DNA from: Octopus bimaculoides
Lineage: Eukaryota
Reading direction: 5' to 3'
NCBI RefSeq assembly: GCF_001194135.2
Contig: NC_068997.1
Location: forward strand, 11,242,793-11,306,792
Length of the DNA: 64,000 nt
The notes beneath the pieces were generated by a model. It had not been told where the DNA came from. It saw only the letters and a list, made by a program, of their open reading frames with translations, and made no database searches. Position numbers and translations under genes: made by a program. Positions within the stretch are counted from its first letter, which is position 1, and each line of letters opens with the position of its first letter. Of the stretch, positions 38,886 to 52,868 are shown one piece after another.

Positions 38886-41111
38886 CGCGCGTGTGTATGT
38901 GTGTGTGTGTGTGTGTATGAAAACTGGAAAATGACGAAAATGGAAGGAAAATACAACGGACAACTTCCAGTACAAGTGCTTTAAGAGACTACTCGTCATC
39001 CGGAGGCTGCAAAGACACCGAAATTAGATTGAGACATAGATGCAACAGGAACATACTGATGTATTAATTCTAAATTTTTCACTATCTGAATTCTTAATGA
39101 TTTTTTGCGACCTGAAATATTCAATATTGCGTGTGTTTATTGTTTTTAAATATTCAGTCGCGGAATCTTTCTATTTAAAGTAATCATATTATTTGAAGTA
39201 GTCACATTTTTCGTTCTAATGCCACTACACGTTGTTTGGTCAATCCACGTATGTCACGTCGTGCTAAGAAAATGTTATTTGTGAATCAATAAATAGATAT
39301 TTGATGTTTTTATTCCTCCGGCAATGATGTCACTTGTTTCCCTTGTAAATCATGATGCTTGTTTCTTATAGTATTGCTTTGCCATTCTATCCGGCAAGCA
39401 AATCAAACAATTTGTACTTCTTCAAATTTGTTCCTTTCCTAAAACTAAGCCCGATTTCTTTAATTCATTAAGGATAAACCAATTATTCACGCAATAGAAG
39501 GCTTCCAACACATAGAATGATCATTCCAGGCACCTTAGTAAACAGAAGGTCAACAATAGTGAAATAAATGAAAAACTGACGCAAAATGAAAGCTAATCCT
39601 GTATTCTTATCACTGAAATCTCCACCACCTAATATACAAAATTTGGTGCAACAGGAACTCGCTTGAAAAGTCTGAGTATAAGATTATAATAAAATTAAAT
39701 AGCATTATACTTCTTGTTTTCTTCTTAATCATCACAATGATTATAGTTATGAATTGCCATAATTATTCCTGAATATAGAGTAAATTGAACATAACTCATT
39801 TGAACGCGATTTATAAATTTATTCAATAAAATTTTGTCAGTCTATTGATACAGGCGAGACAATTCTTTGTTGTTTCAATTGAAAGGTTACATTGAAATCC
39901 TAATCAAGGCACTATTGTTTAGCTTTTGGCAACAATTTCTTGGATTTCTAAAAATATTTTGATATTAAGCAGTTCTGATAAGAGCCTTCCCATTCTATAT
40001 TCCACATGCTCATAAATCACCTGTTGGTGATATTCGATCTAAATACACCATAATACGCTCTGACACGCTTACGGGGATCTATACACACACAATAGTATAC
40101 GCTATGTCACGCAGGAAACTATACAGGAGAGCTGGGTTTTTTTTAAGAAATTGAAACCCCTATTAAATATCTAATACGACACACTAGAATTAGAAAACTC
40201 AAATTTTACATTAGAAATTACTATAAAAACAGAAATTTATATAAAAATAAAGGTGAAGATACGAGCTTCTCTCCAGGATTCAAAAGCCTAACTTCAAACT
40301 ACTGTACAATTATATCTTGCACTTTCGCAACTCTAGTTACAGATTTTAGGTTTAACTAATTAGATTTCAAACTGGTCAAAGTCGGACCCTGAGAAGAGAA
40401 TTACTAAATACCCAGCTAATTGAGACAAATGAATTCATAATGGGATCCAGCAACTGGAACAAATGCAAGTTACCTAAATGGGGTTGGCAGAAAAAAAAAA
40501 GGCAGATCAGTGAATTTTTGCTGGTCGAAAACAAGTGGCAAAAGCCGTCGAGAAGCAAATGACGCCACCAGGATGTCAACCAATTACAAGGCTTGACTAT
40601 AGCCAAACAAAATATGCAATCAGAGCGACCGAAAACAATTGACATTTTAATGTAGCGATTCAACCAAAATACTAGGCTACAGGCGGACGAAACTCAGCGA
40701 CGTCATCAAGTTTATGAACAGTCAAATGTAGAACCTATATTTTAAGGTTATATACACAAAGAGATTTAAACCTGAAGCAATTCAAACTCTCACTATCAAA
40801 ACTTAGTACTGAAGAATTCATTTTCTTGCACTATACCTATAAATGTAAAAACATCGTTCTTGTTTTACTTTCTCTTTTCTTACTCTATTAAAACTTCAAG
40901 TTCATTGGCAATGAGTTATATTAATTATTAATATAACTCAATAGATGCTGAACATTCAATCATTTCAATCATTTTGCCTTCTTTGTACGCTTATTCTTCC
41001 CAAAAGTATATCTGCTCTATGTTTAAACTGTTTGTAAAAAAAACGAACCAAATCTGTTTTTTTTTTCCTTTTCTTTTTGCATATAATTGAGATCATTTAT
41101 ATACATATACA

Positions 41112-41238
41112 CCAGATGTGCCATCAAAACTCTTGATTGGACCATGTCAGGTGGGGGAGAAGAGCCATGCAAGGAACGTGAAAATCACGGTGGTGCACCA
41201 GCATGACCGCATCCACTTGGTTGAAACACATAAATAAA
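41112..41238 (+). mobile_element. short 3'-terminal fragment of the CR1/L2-group LINE or SINE B tail
   Basis: CCAGATGTGCCA (PDVP, compare PDEP at 11392-11403) followed by GGTGCACCAGCATGACCGC..TGAAACACATAATAAA tail. Confidence 0.4.
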
Positions 41239-41602
41239 TTTTAAAAAAAAAAATGATTTACTCTTGTACTCTTCTTATCAATCTCAAAAGCTGATCGAGT
41301 TTTTTTCTGAGTAAGCTTTTTAAAAGGATCGACGCAAGTAAAAATACTCGCGAGGCAGTATTCCCTGGCGGATTTTCACATTATCTAATCATTCATTTCC
41401 GCTTTATATTTCTAATTCCAAGGATTTCATCACTTGCTCTAAAGTTCTAAAAGAAATAAAAATAAGAAAATCGGTTAATGTTCTCATGCAAGCCAAGTAT
41501 CAGCAAGAAGTCTTGGAGCCAATACTGCGATACATTATCATATGCTTTCTTGCAGTCTTTCCAACTACAGCTACCGTCACCTTTACTTCCCATCAGTTCG
41601 TT

Positions 41603-41643
41603 TTACTTCTTCTTTTCCTTCATCATCATCAACATCATCATCG

Positions 41644-41681
<38 letters not shown>

Positions 41682-41682
41682 G

Positions 41683-41721
<39 letters not shown>

Positions 41722-41901
41722 GCACCATCTTCTTTTTACTACTACTACTACCACCACCACTACCGCTGCTGCGACTATGACTATGGCTACTACTACTACT
41801 TTTTTTGTTGTTGTTATTATCATTATTCACATTAGAGCCTTTTTTCATCTTAGGACAATGATTTACGTTGAGTTATGTGTGTACAAATATATATATATAT
41901 A

Positions 41902-41940
<39 letters not shown>

Positions 41941-41963
41941 GGAGAGAGGGAGAGAGAGAAAGG

Positions 41964-42029
<66 letters not shown>

Positions 42030-42030
42030 T
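41603..42030. repeat. compound microsatellite block: (CTT),(CAT)n,(CTA)n,(CAC)n,(GTT),(TA)n,(GA)n,(GATA)n
   Basis: direct reading. Confidence 0.95.
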
Positions 42031-42072
42031 GAGTATGTATATATGCGTGTCATTGAATATAAGGTTAAAACA

Positions 42073-42207
42073 TATTCTTTTCTACTCTAAGCACAAGGTT
42101 CGAAATTTTGGGGGTAAGGCGCCAGTCGATTAGATCGACTGCATTACACAACGGTACTTAATTTATCAACCCCGGAAAGATGAAAAGCGAAGTCGACCTC
42201 AGCGGAA
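42073..42207 (-). mobile_element. SINE family A, 5'-truncated
   Basis: reverse complement of the 24173 copy from the B box end to the tail (TTTTCTACTCTAAGCACAAGG...GTACTTAATTTATC...AAGTCGACCTC). Confidence 0.8.
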
Positions 42208-42595
42208 GGGACAAAAATATTAAAACCATATCACTACAGTAATTTAATGTGTTAATGCAGTGTATGATACACAAATTTAATGGATGGTCTAGGTTTCAGT
42301 TATATGCATTTGCAAACTTCATCCATTTGCCTATACTTAAATTTTACTATTAAAATTTGAATTCTGATGTATACGAAACATCGGTGTATGTGTGTGCTTC
42401 TACGTGTCTGTGCATGTGTGTGCGTGTGTGCGTATTTGTGTACATGTATTATATAGTTTTAATAAAATTGTACATACTTTATATGATTTAAGAAGTTAAT
42501 GATCACAAATTAACATCTTTCAGATGTGAATTCATTGAAAGAACTAAATAGATTTACATTGACCACGTCGGTAAATAAAAACCTCAAAGAAATGT

Positions 42596-43015
42596 ACCCA
42601 TGTGGCTGTGTAGTAAGAAGCTTGATCCTCAATCACAACGGTTTGTGGTTTAGTCCTACTGCATGGCATCTCGGAAAAGTATTTCCTGCTATAGACTCGG
42701 GCCAACGAAATCCGTGTTAGTGAATTTGCTTGACGGAGACTGAAAGTAGCCCGTCGTAAATACGTGCATATACACCTGTATGTGTGTGTGTGTGTGTGTG
42801 TGGGGGGGGTCTATGTTCGTTTTTGTCCTCCACAACCGTTTGACAGCCGTTGTTTGTTAGTGTGTTTTTGTCCTGAAACATTGAGGTTCGGTTAAAGCGA
42901 CTCGATAGAAAACTTTTAAAGGCTAAGTACTGGGGCCGATAAATTCGGCTAAATATTTTTTAACGTGGTACCCCTGTATGGCCGCAGTCTAAAAACAGAG
43001 ACAAGTAAAAAGGAA
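42596..43015 (+). mobile_element. SINE family B, near full length
   Basis: TGTGGCTGTGTAGTAAGAAG A box, GTTTAGTCCTACTG, CTCGGGCCAAC body, internal (GT)n, tail GTATGGCCGCAGTC..ACAAGTAAAA. Confidence 0.8.
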
Positions 43016-43457
43016 ATGTACAGCCTATTTTACCTTACATAAACAATTATGAAAATGTATTCAAAGATATGCCAACTACATTAGAAACACATATGAGAAC
43101 ATACGTATTTTAAATGTAAATACATTAACTCAAGTTGGAAGCCTACATTTACGTAATATAGCAAGAGGTATGAAGAAAAAGCTTTGATACTTTAAATAAA
43201 GATGTGGAAGCAGGTGAAAGTTTGATTTGCAACGTAACTAAGCTGTAGTACCTCTATGAAATGCGTAAAGTATACTGTATATTATTGCATTGCCTTAATG
43301 CATGGAACTGTTCTTCACCTCAATTTTTCTTCATCATGCAACACTTATATATATATATATATATGCATATCTAAATAAAAAATAGATACTTCATGTATGT
43401 ATACAAACATACGTACATATATATTTATATATATATATATGTGTGTGTATGTGTGTG

Positions 43458-43497
<40 letters not shown>

Positions 43498-43831
43498 TGT
43501 GAATTCAAAAGTTTAATACCATATACATGCATCCATCTGTATGCGAGTATGTGTGTGCGTTAATGTGGAATTGTACGCAGGACATACTTTATTTCATGAC
43601 TCATCTTTTTCATATACTTAGAGCAAACTATAATTAACATCTATTGAAAAGAGTCTGTGTGTCTTTCTTTTTCACTTAATAAATAGAAAATGAGACCTTG
43701 GATTTTATGGAAAATTGTGTATCGCACAATTAGTTTTACAAGTTTCCTTACAAATATACTATGAAGACATGTATAATCATATATACTTTGTATATGTCTG
43801 CCTATATTGGCACTTATGTGTGTGTGTTTGT

Positions 43832-43883
<52 letters not shown>

Positions 43884-43927
43884 GTGATAATTATAAATAT
43901 ATGTTCAATATTTAAAATATATATTCT

Positions 43928-44140
43928 AGTCGGAGTGCTGGCACGATCGTTAACACACCGGATAAAATGATAGGCAGTATTTGGTCTGTCTTCGCATTCT
44001 CAGTTCAATTTCCACCGAGGACGAAGTTGTTCTTCAGCCCCTTTCGGGTCATATAAAATAAGTGGCAATTGAACACTAAGGTCGATGTAATCGACTCACA
44101 CCCTTCCCCGGGAATTGCTGGTATTGACCAAAATTTGAAA
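43928..44140 (+). mobile_element. SINE family A, array copy 1
   Basis: GTGCTGGCACGATCGTTAACACACCGG head, GTCGATGTAATCGACT body, AATTGCTGG..AAATTTGAAA tail. Confidence 0.8.
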
Positions 44141-44161
44141 TCAGTATTTAAAATATATCTT

Positions 44162-44372
44162 AAGCGGTGAGCTGGCAGAACCGTTCACATACAGGACAAA
44201 ATGCTTCACGGTATTTTGTCCATCTTTACGTTCTGAATTCAATTTCAGATAAGGGCAACTTTGCCTTCCATCTCTTCGAGGTCGATAAAATAGATATCAG
44301 TTCAGCTCTGTGGTCGATGTAATCGATTTATCCCCTGACCCGGAATTGCTGGCTCTGGGCCAACATTTGAAA
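44162..44372 (+). mobile_element. SINE family A, array copy 2
   Basis: AAGCGGTGAGCTGGCAGAACCGTT head, ACTTTGCCTTCCATC body, same tail type as copy 1. Confidence 0.85.
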
Positions 44373-44399
44373 TCAATATTTAAAATATACATTCTATTT

Positions 44400-44610
44400 G
44401 ACGCTTGGGCAGATTCGTTAGCACGTCAGAGAAAATGCATAGCAGCATACATTCCCACTTTACGTTGTGGGTTAAAATACCACCCAGGTCGACTTCACCT
44501 AAAAAGAAATCAACCTGGTTCATTACAAATAAATACCAGCTGAACAGCGGAAGTAGAGGCGATCGACTTCCCCACTCCCTCGAAATTAGTGGACCTATGA
44601 AAACAGCATT
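44400..44610 (+). mobile_element. SINE family A, array copy 3 (more degenerate)
   Basis: GGCAGATTCGTTAGCACGTCAGAGAAAATGC head, CAGGTCGACTT, AAATACCAGCTG, ATCGACTTCCCC. Confidence 0.65.
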
Positions 44611-45430
44611 TAATGTGTGTGTGTGTGGGGGGGGGGTTAATAGACACAGTGTGTTCAATTTATATTTTAGAAATTCACATTGAATGACCGAGGAAGTTAA
44701 TTCTATCCCACTGTGTGACTTTGAGCAACTAGCATTTTCTGGTCGATTCCATTACTCTCTGCTGTTTCTCGTTCAACAAGGAGGGGGGGGGGGATCACCT
44801 GAACTACGAAATAAATAATCGCATGAATTAACATGTACACAACTGAGCATTCCAGATGTTGATCTCTAAGCTAATTTTTAGGCAGAGCTGGTGTAAAATA
44901 TTTTTTTGTGAAAGAGCTTTCCGTTTTCAATTACGTACAACCTATATGTAGCGATTTTTACAGATGATTTGACAGTGAAGATGCAACTTGCTGTCCTTCA
45001 GGGAAATCTATCGGAGCGAACTTAAGAGTAATGTTTAAAGTCATTTATTGCTCTAATAGATTCCGGGGTATCGAAAGTTATATCGGGGAAGGAGTGGTGA
45101 GATCTGAGTTTAATTATGCGCCTAATCAGTTTCTCTGTATTGTGCTCTCAGAACACTTGGCAATATTTGTTTTGCGTCTTCCTTGCTATATCTATTGGCA
45201 TTATTATGGAGAAAACTATTTATCATGAACTACTGGGCCGATGGGAGAATCCGCAGACCCAATTTCGTTGGTAAATGATTACAACAATTTTGGTTTGTGT
45301 CCCATTTTCTCAGTAGCGCAATCCTCCTCTGCAAATTTTTATTTAAGCTTACATACATACATACATAGATAGATACATACATACATACATACATAAATAT
45401 ATATATATACATACATACATAAATAAATAA

Positions 45431-45469
<39 letters not shown>

Positions 45470-47093
45470 NNNNNNNNNNNNNNNNNNNNNNNNNNNNNNN
45501 NNNNNNNNNNNNNNNNNNNNNNNNNNNNNNNNNNNNNNNNNNNNNNNNNNNNNNNNNNNNNNNNNNNNNNNNNNNNNNNNNNNNNNNNNNNNNNNNNNNN
45601 NNNNNNNNNNNNNNNNNNNNNNNNNNNNNNNNNNNNNNNNNNNNNNNNNNNNNNNNNNNNNNNNNNNNNNNNNNNNNNNNNNNNNNNNNNNNNNNNNNNN
45701 NNNNNNNNNNNNNNNNNNNNNNNNNNNNNNNNNNNNNNNNNNNNNNNNNNNNNNNNNNNNNNNNNNNNNNNNNNNNNNNNNNNNNNNNNNNNNNNNNNNN
45801 NNNNNNNNNNNNNNNNNNNNNNNNNNNNNNNNNNNNNNNNNNNNNNNNNNNNNNNNNNNNNNNNNNNNNNNNNNNNNNNNNNNNNNNNNNNNNNNNNNNN
45901 NNNNNNNNNNNNNNNNNNNNNNNNNNNNNNNNNNNNNNNNNNNNNNNNNNNNNNNNNNNNNNNNNNNNNNNNNNNAGAGAGAGACGTGCACATTTTTGTT
46001 GTTGATGTAATCTGTATCGACACTTAAAATTATATATAGTTGTTGTTGGCCAGGTGAAGATCATTTGCCCCCCTTCTGATCCATTTTCTAAATTTGAAGG
46101 ATACATCAAGACTCTTTAAAGTTAGTGAAAATGTGTATATGAGGGCATACAAGAATGAAAAGCAGAGTTTGGAAGAGTGTGTATTTACCGAATGTATAGG
46201 TAAAATGATGTATTGGTTAAAAAGTAGAATAGCACACAAAAAAGACACAGGAAACAACTGAAAAAAAAAATCGTGAATATCGAACCAAAGAAGTTGGAGG
46301 AACCGATGGAATGGTTGTACGATACATTCGAAGCACAAACACCCCTGCAGTTGATTGAAACCAAGCGTAAAGAGAGGGGAAAATAAAACATTCATAGTTT
46401 CTAAAAATAGATGCTAAGAGCCAAAAATATTAAATTTTCAGAAAACAAAACAAACAACTGAAAAAAGCGAGGTTAGGGGTGAACAAATAAAAGATTACTG
46501 CGAAATAGAATGACACTTTGTAAGAAAACATAGAAGAGGAGAATTAATGCAATGCAGTACATCGGATATTCAACAGACGAATTTTATAGCAAATTCTAAG
46601 GACTTCAATGGCTGGCCAGGTTCTTTTATTTCTCTTGAACTACATAGACGATCTTCGAGACAGGAAGTGTCTAGAGATAGAACGAAACGTTACACAGAAT
46701 ATGAAAGAGAAGATAGAAGCTGGACGAACTTTTCTCACTTTCAAATGGTTTGATATGTATCATAATAAAATTTATTAGGGAATTTTTTTAAGTACTGCAC
46801 ACACACGCAAACGTACGCACACACACACAAGCAAACACACAAACACACCTGCACATACTCAAAAAAATAGCGACACGTTTATATCTTTACATACACACAC
46901 ACATATATATATATAGATACGCATATCTTATGTAAATATATGTATATATATATATATATATATNNNNNNNNNNNNNNNNNNNNNNNNNNNNNNNNNNNNN
47001 NNNNNNNNNNNNNNNNNNNNNNNNNNNNNNNNNNNNNNNNNNNNNNNNNNNNNNNNNNNNNNNNNNNNNNNNNNNNNNNNNNNNNNNNNNNNT

Positions 47094-47130
<37 letters not shown>

Positions 47131-47944
47131 TAAGTGGTAGGTTTGCCTCGATCCTTCAGGGGTAGTCTGAAGCATCCAAGCAACCAGGGGATGTTTAAAT
47201 CCGGAGGCACTCCTGGGGATCACCTGTATATATACATATACATGAACATATATATAATTATAATTGTAATTATATTTTTATAATTGTATACTGAAAAATT
47301 AATTTTACCGATACGGTCATTTTTATACACTAGGCCAATGATATAACTTATAAGTATATATATATATATATATAAATCTTATATATATGAATGTGTGTGT
47401 GTATATATATATATATATATCCACTCATTTACAAATATGAATGGAAAATATATTATACGGCAACCTTGGTATACTCAGAAGACTGTACCTATGTTCGACC
47501 ATGTATGTGTCTGTCAATATGACTAATTAGTTAGCTTCATTAGGTAAGAATTGTTAAAATTCTGACAGTTGTAATTTCTATAGAAGAAAAGTCAATCTTT
47601 CTAAATAAAGTTGTATTACATATATGAAAATTATATATCTCTGCAAACTATTATAAATGTCAAACAATAAGAAAGGATGCGTGTGTACATGTACGTGTGT
47701 GCTCGTTCTATTTGCATGTATCAGATGTGTAAGTATTTGGAAATGCTCAGTGTTTATATATTTCCCTTTTCGTATGCACATGATGCTAATTGCGAACAAG
47801 TTATTTTGAATTTATGTTGCAATATTGAACGAAGTGTATTTCAACTTTCAAAATGGCATTTATAATTGGACTAAAATTAGGAAGATACATATCGAAGCAA
47901 TGTATATATTTCATTTGCAGGATTCAATGGTGACAGTTCGACAT

Positions 47945-48332
47945 TTATTTTATCTTTTACTTGATTTAGTCATTCCACAGTGGCCATGATGAGGCATAGC
48001 CTTAAAACTATTCTTGTAGTCGAATCTACACCAGGACTTATTTTTCTACACCGGCACTTATTCAGTTGCCCTGTTTTACCGGGGACGAAATCACACTAAC
48101 ACCAGTTGTCATACATAGAGATCTATCTTTCTCTAAATGCGTGTGTTTGTGTGCTTGTGCTTGAGTGTCTTTGAGTGACGGACTTCTTTCAGTTTTTTTT
48201 CTAGTAAGTGCGCTCACAAGGCTTTGGTCGGCCTGATGCTATAAGAGAAGACACCAGGCCAAGACGTCACGCACTGGGACTGAACTTGGAACTGTGGCTG
48301 GAAAGCAAGCTCCTTACCACGCAGCCTACATG
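47945..48332 (-). mobile_element. SINE family B, near full length
   Basis: reverse complement of family B: TTTTATCTTTTACTTG tail..CACAAGGCTTTGGTCGGCC..TGGGACTGAAC..CTTACCACGCAGCC head. Confidence 0.8.
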
Positions 48333-48419
48333 TGCTTCTGCGATATCTATTCACATATATATACATGCATATATATATGTAGTTACCTTTATGTTTTTTT
48401 TTAAAAGCAAAGATGTGTG

Positions 48420-48476
<57 letters not shown>

Positions 48477-49596
48477 NNNNNNNNNNNNNNNNNNNNNNNN
48501 NNNNNNNNNNNNNNNNNNNNNNNNNNNNNNNNNNNNNNNNNNNNNNNNNNNNNNNNNNNNNNNNNNNNNNNNNNNNNNNNNNNNNNNNNNNNNNNNNNNN
48601 NNNNNNNNNNNNNNNNNNNNNNNNNNNNNNNNNNNNNNNNNNNNNNNNNNNNNNNNNNNNNNNNNNNNNNTGGGAAAGTTTAGGATACACGCATGTGTGT
48701 GTGTGTGTGTGTGTGTATAAAGAATAGATTTCAGTGACAACGCTGGAAATTAGAACGTTTCGTAAACAATCGCGTCTATGTAAACAATGTGATCGAAGAG
48801 ACAAAACAAGTGTAGTCGTTATATATGCATATTTCAGAATTTATTCCTCGTTCATCAACACCACACTAAATCCGTCACATATTCCCAAATACGTTGCTTA
48901 AATATCTACTAGTTTTAGCAATGCAACACAACTCGATAGACTCCTTTACATATTAAACGAATTCCTGCCAAATAATACTTCTATATACCTTGGTGGCAAG
49001 GACGCAGGGCTTCGGGTCTTTATTTTGTATTTGTTTCTCTATGTATGCGTGTCTTTTCGGCATACTTCCGCGTAAATACATCAGGCATTTTATTTGTAAG
49101 TATATGTCTATTTTTTTTTTCAAAGGTGTGTGTTTTCGTGTTTCTGCTTGTTTTACTCTGCTTACTATGTATAAAAAATGTATAATTTTAACTCTGTGTG
49201 TTGATTAGCATATGTGGATATGTCTGATTCTATATGCTTGTCTGTTAGCATCAGTAGATGTATGTATATATTTATAACTATGCAAATATTTATGTATATT
49301 TGTGTATATACGCGATTAGACAACGACATGTATGAGTCGCTCATAAATTTGTAAAAGTTTTGCGCATGTTAATTTTCAGGTCATGAATCCAATTAAAATT
49401 AATCAGAAAACTAATATAAAAATTATAATTCGATTAAATATTTTACTCAGTGGCGTTTCGTGAACTTCCATATCGATATGACTTCAAAGGTCAAATAATT
49501 TCAAAAGTCTTTTACATCAAATGTCAGATGTAATTGAGATGGAAATTCAGAGACTTCATAAACATTAAAGAAAATTATTTTAAGTGTATAATATTT

Positions 49597-49700
<104 letters not shown>

Positions 49701-50139
49701 NNNNNNNNNNNNNNNNNNNNNNNNNNNNNNNNNNNNNNNNNNNNNNNNNNNNNNNNNNNNNNNNNNNNNNNNNNNNNNNNNNNNNNNNNNNNNNNNNNNN
49801 NNNNNNNNNNNNNNNNNNNNNNNNNNNNNNNNNNNNNNNNNNNNNNNNNNNNNNNNNNNNNNNNNNNNNNNNNNNNNNNNNNNNNNNNNNNNNNNNNNNN
49901 NNNNNNNNNNNNNNNNNNNNNNNNNNNNNNNNNNNNNNNNNNNNNNNNNNNNNNNNNNNNNNNNNNNNNNNNNNNNNNNNNNNNNNNNNNNNNNNNNNNN
50001 NNNNNNNNNNNNNNNNNNNNNNNNNNNNNNNNNNNNNNNNNNNNNNNNNNNNNNNNNNNNNNNNNNNNNNNNNNNNNNNNNNNNNNNNNNNNNNNNNNNN
50101 NNNNNNNNNNNNNNNNNNNNNNNNNNNNNNNNNNNNNNN

Positions 50140-50320
50140 ATTTCAAGATCTTTATATTTGCTCAGTTTTTGGTAGGTCTTGACAGATACGTTTATATCGA
50201 TTGGGACAGTCATATCAATGAGGAGGCATGATTTTTGTCTGAAGTCTTTCAGTATGATGTCTGGCCTATTTGCGTCTATCTTTCTGTCAGTTTGAATGCT
50301 GAAGTTCCAGAGGAGTGCAA
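50140..50320 (-). mobile_element. RLE non-LTR retrotransposon family 3 (R4/Dong-like), 5'-truncated, 3' part hidden in gap
   Basis: open frame IALLWNFSIQTDRKIDANRPDIILKDFRQKSCLLIDMTVPIDINVSVKTYQKLSKYKDLE with an intact RPD..D..P..K..KY..L endonuclease signature. Confidence 0.9.
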
Positions 50321-50380
<60 letters not shown>

Positions 50381-50405
50381 CATTATTATTATTATTATTA
50401 TTATT
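50321..50405. repeat. (ATT)n microsatellite at the RLE 5' junction
   Basis: direct reading. Confidence 0.95.
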
Positions 50406-50600
50406 AGGAGAGCTGGCTGGAGGGAATGCTTAGCGGTATTTCACCCGTTGCTCCGATCTGATTTCAAACTCCACCGAGGTCGACTGTTCCTTTTTAGCAT
50501 TTCGAGTTCGAGAAAATAAGTACCATTCGAAGACTAGGGTCAATGTAATCGATTCTTCCCCTTCCCCAGAATTGCAATATTTGAAGTCATTATTATTATT
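50405..50600 (+). mobile_element. SINE family A, degenerate
   Basis: GAGAGCTGGC..AATGCTTAGCGGTATTTC..CCGAGGTCGAC..AATAAGTACCA..ATGTAATCGA. Confidence 0.75.
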
Positions 50601-52659
50601 ATTGACATTATTATACTTCTGACAGTTTACATGGAGATCAGCTATGATTGAGCAGATATGTGATTAAAATCATTTAAACTTTTAACCATTCTTTATATTA
50701 CATTTTTTGGGACCACATTATCCAGTTAGTCGATCCACCTTCAAAGAAAGTAGAACATGGTTCGATGGAATGTACATAGCTTAACCGCGCCACATTTGAT
50801 CATTTAGCAAAAAAAAGGAAAAAATATGTACTTCATATTTTCTACGACTGTGTTGAAATGATGACAATTATCATGCGATACCTTATATCCAATAACATTG
50901 TAAGAATACAGCCACTTGAAGAATCTTTATTTTATTTTTACAGATGATACGTAGCATCTATATGTGACACGTGACCCCTATAGCTCTTATAAGCTTTGCA
51001 TTAATACCTTTTGGGCAAATGTGAATCAAGATAAGAGTCCGCTTCAGCAATAGTAACATTGAACAGCCATATTGATGTAGTGGTTAACTTAACCTGTTTG
51101 TATAGTTACTACTCTATTCTCTTATTGTACAGTTAGCTACATTGTTTGTTGCAAATCCGTGACCGATCGTCGCTTTGTTTTCTATATATTGCTAGCTGGT
51201 ATAAAATTGCATATTTTCTAACAGGTCACTGCTTCTTCAATATTTTCATGGAATTTATTTGAAAATGAAAGCACATTTCAATCGTGTAGAATATAAACGT
51301 AGTGTTCTTAAACATATAATTCCTTTCTTATATTATCTACTGTTGGACTATGGCGGCTGAAGACCTGTGAAGCAGCCTGGCGTATAGTAATTTAAATTAT
51401 TTGCTTGATTGGAGACAAACGATCAATATGATATGGTGTATTTCTGGCAGGTAGTCTATTTATGTAGTCCATTAGGGCGTACATTTTTGTTCAAGTCGCA
51501 ATCTTATGTATTCAAAAGGGCTCCAATTACGCATTGTTGTAGAGTTTGCTTGTGAACAGAGCGTAAGCATATAAAATTCTAATTGCTTCTTTACATGCCG
51601 TCACTGCATTTGACACAGTCCTTAAATCAAGAGGGTAAAGATAACATATACGACACTTTCCGTGGCCTGTGAGACTGGTGCACTATTTTATGTTAATAAT
51701 CAGTGCAGCGAATTTACTCTAGAGTCAAAGCACATAAACATTCCTTCCTGCAGTTTTAGCCAGCGGTCCCGTCTACCCAATTTCAATTGCAAAGCATTGA
51801 CAGCACTGGTTTTATGAAGAAATTATTCGCACAAAGTGGTGTCCAATGGGATGCATAGTGACTTATCTATACCATTTCACATTAAATATTAGAATAATTC
51901 CATTAGATATGTAATAATACCATTCGAAGGCGAATAACTCTATTCAAAATGGAAGAGCTACATTTAAAAGGGAATAATTCCATTCCAAATGAGAATAAAA
52001 TACTACAGTAGTTACCGCTTTAATTATTTATATATCACTAATAATAAACACATTTTTGCGTTATATCGGTCCATTCATTGTCAATTTATTCACTAAGTTT
52101 ATTTATTATTTATTTCCGAAGACCACATTGCAGGGCATGGTATAGTTACTAATTGAAATCCTTAAGATCAAGCGTGATCGTAGCGCTATGCTCTTTCTTA
52201 TGAATAAATCCTAATTCCGAATGAACTAAAGAAAGCAACTTTAGCTTCATTTCAATGCTGAATATCGTAATTAATACTCATTAGTGTTAGATATTTATTC
52301 TAAATCTGCGAATTTGAAACGCGTCTTTTTAACAGAGAAAAGGCAATTTAATGACATGAGTGATTATTTTTTTATTTTTTATAATCGGTAAATCGTGGCG
52401 AAGAAAATCAATATCAGCAAACATAAATAATATCATCGCTCCTCATCGTAGTCTTGGGTATTTTGCTTCCACCTTAATGAAAATATATATCTGTATTTGT
52501 AGGAAACACATTATTCTCGATGTTGGAACAAGCACTACATTATTATCATGCTAAAGAAAATAGACATGCAGTGAAGAAATATAATTCGATCTCTCGTACG
52601 AACGAGTTTAGGCCCACTGTTAAAAATGTTTGTGGTTATAACATTTGTGCAGACACAGG

Positions 52660-52797
52660 CGTGTCTATTCCCCAAACACATGGTCTCAGGTTCAGTCCCA
52701 CTGCATGGTATCTTGGGCAAATGTCTTCAGCAATAGTTTCGGGATGACCAAAGCCTTGTTAGTGGATTTGGTAGACTGAACTGAAAAAAGCCTGTCG

Positions 52798-52845
<48 letters not shown>
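52660..52845 (+). mobile_element. SINE family B, 5' half ending in (TA)(GT)n
   Basis: ACATGGTCTCAGGTTCAGTCCCACTGCATGG..CTTGGGCAAATGTCTTC..CCAAAGCCTTG..GGATTTGGTAGAC. Confidence 0.8.

Positions 52846-52868
<23 letters not shown>

Noticed and set aside
40104-40710. Possible solo LTR (TGTCACG...CA)
   Set aside because: No TSD, no second copy and no adjacent PBS or ORF; cannot be supported from this window
41478-41974. Poly-His, poly-Ser, poly-Thr and poly-Met ORFs
   Set aside because: Translations of a compound trinucleotide microsatellite, open in several frames on both strands
46030-46753. Purine-rich stretch with short ORFs, possible TE ORF remnant (QYIGYST resembles a GIY-YIG half motif)
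   Set aside because: Motif too short and no flanking GIY-YIG residues recognised
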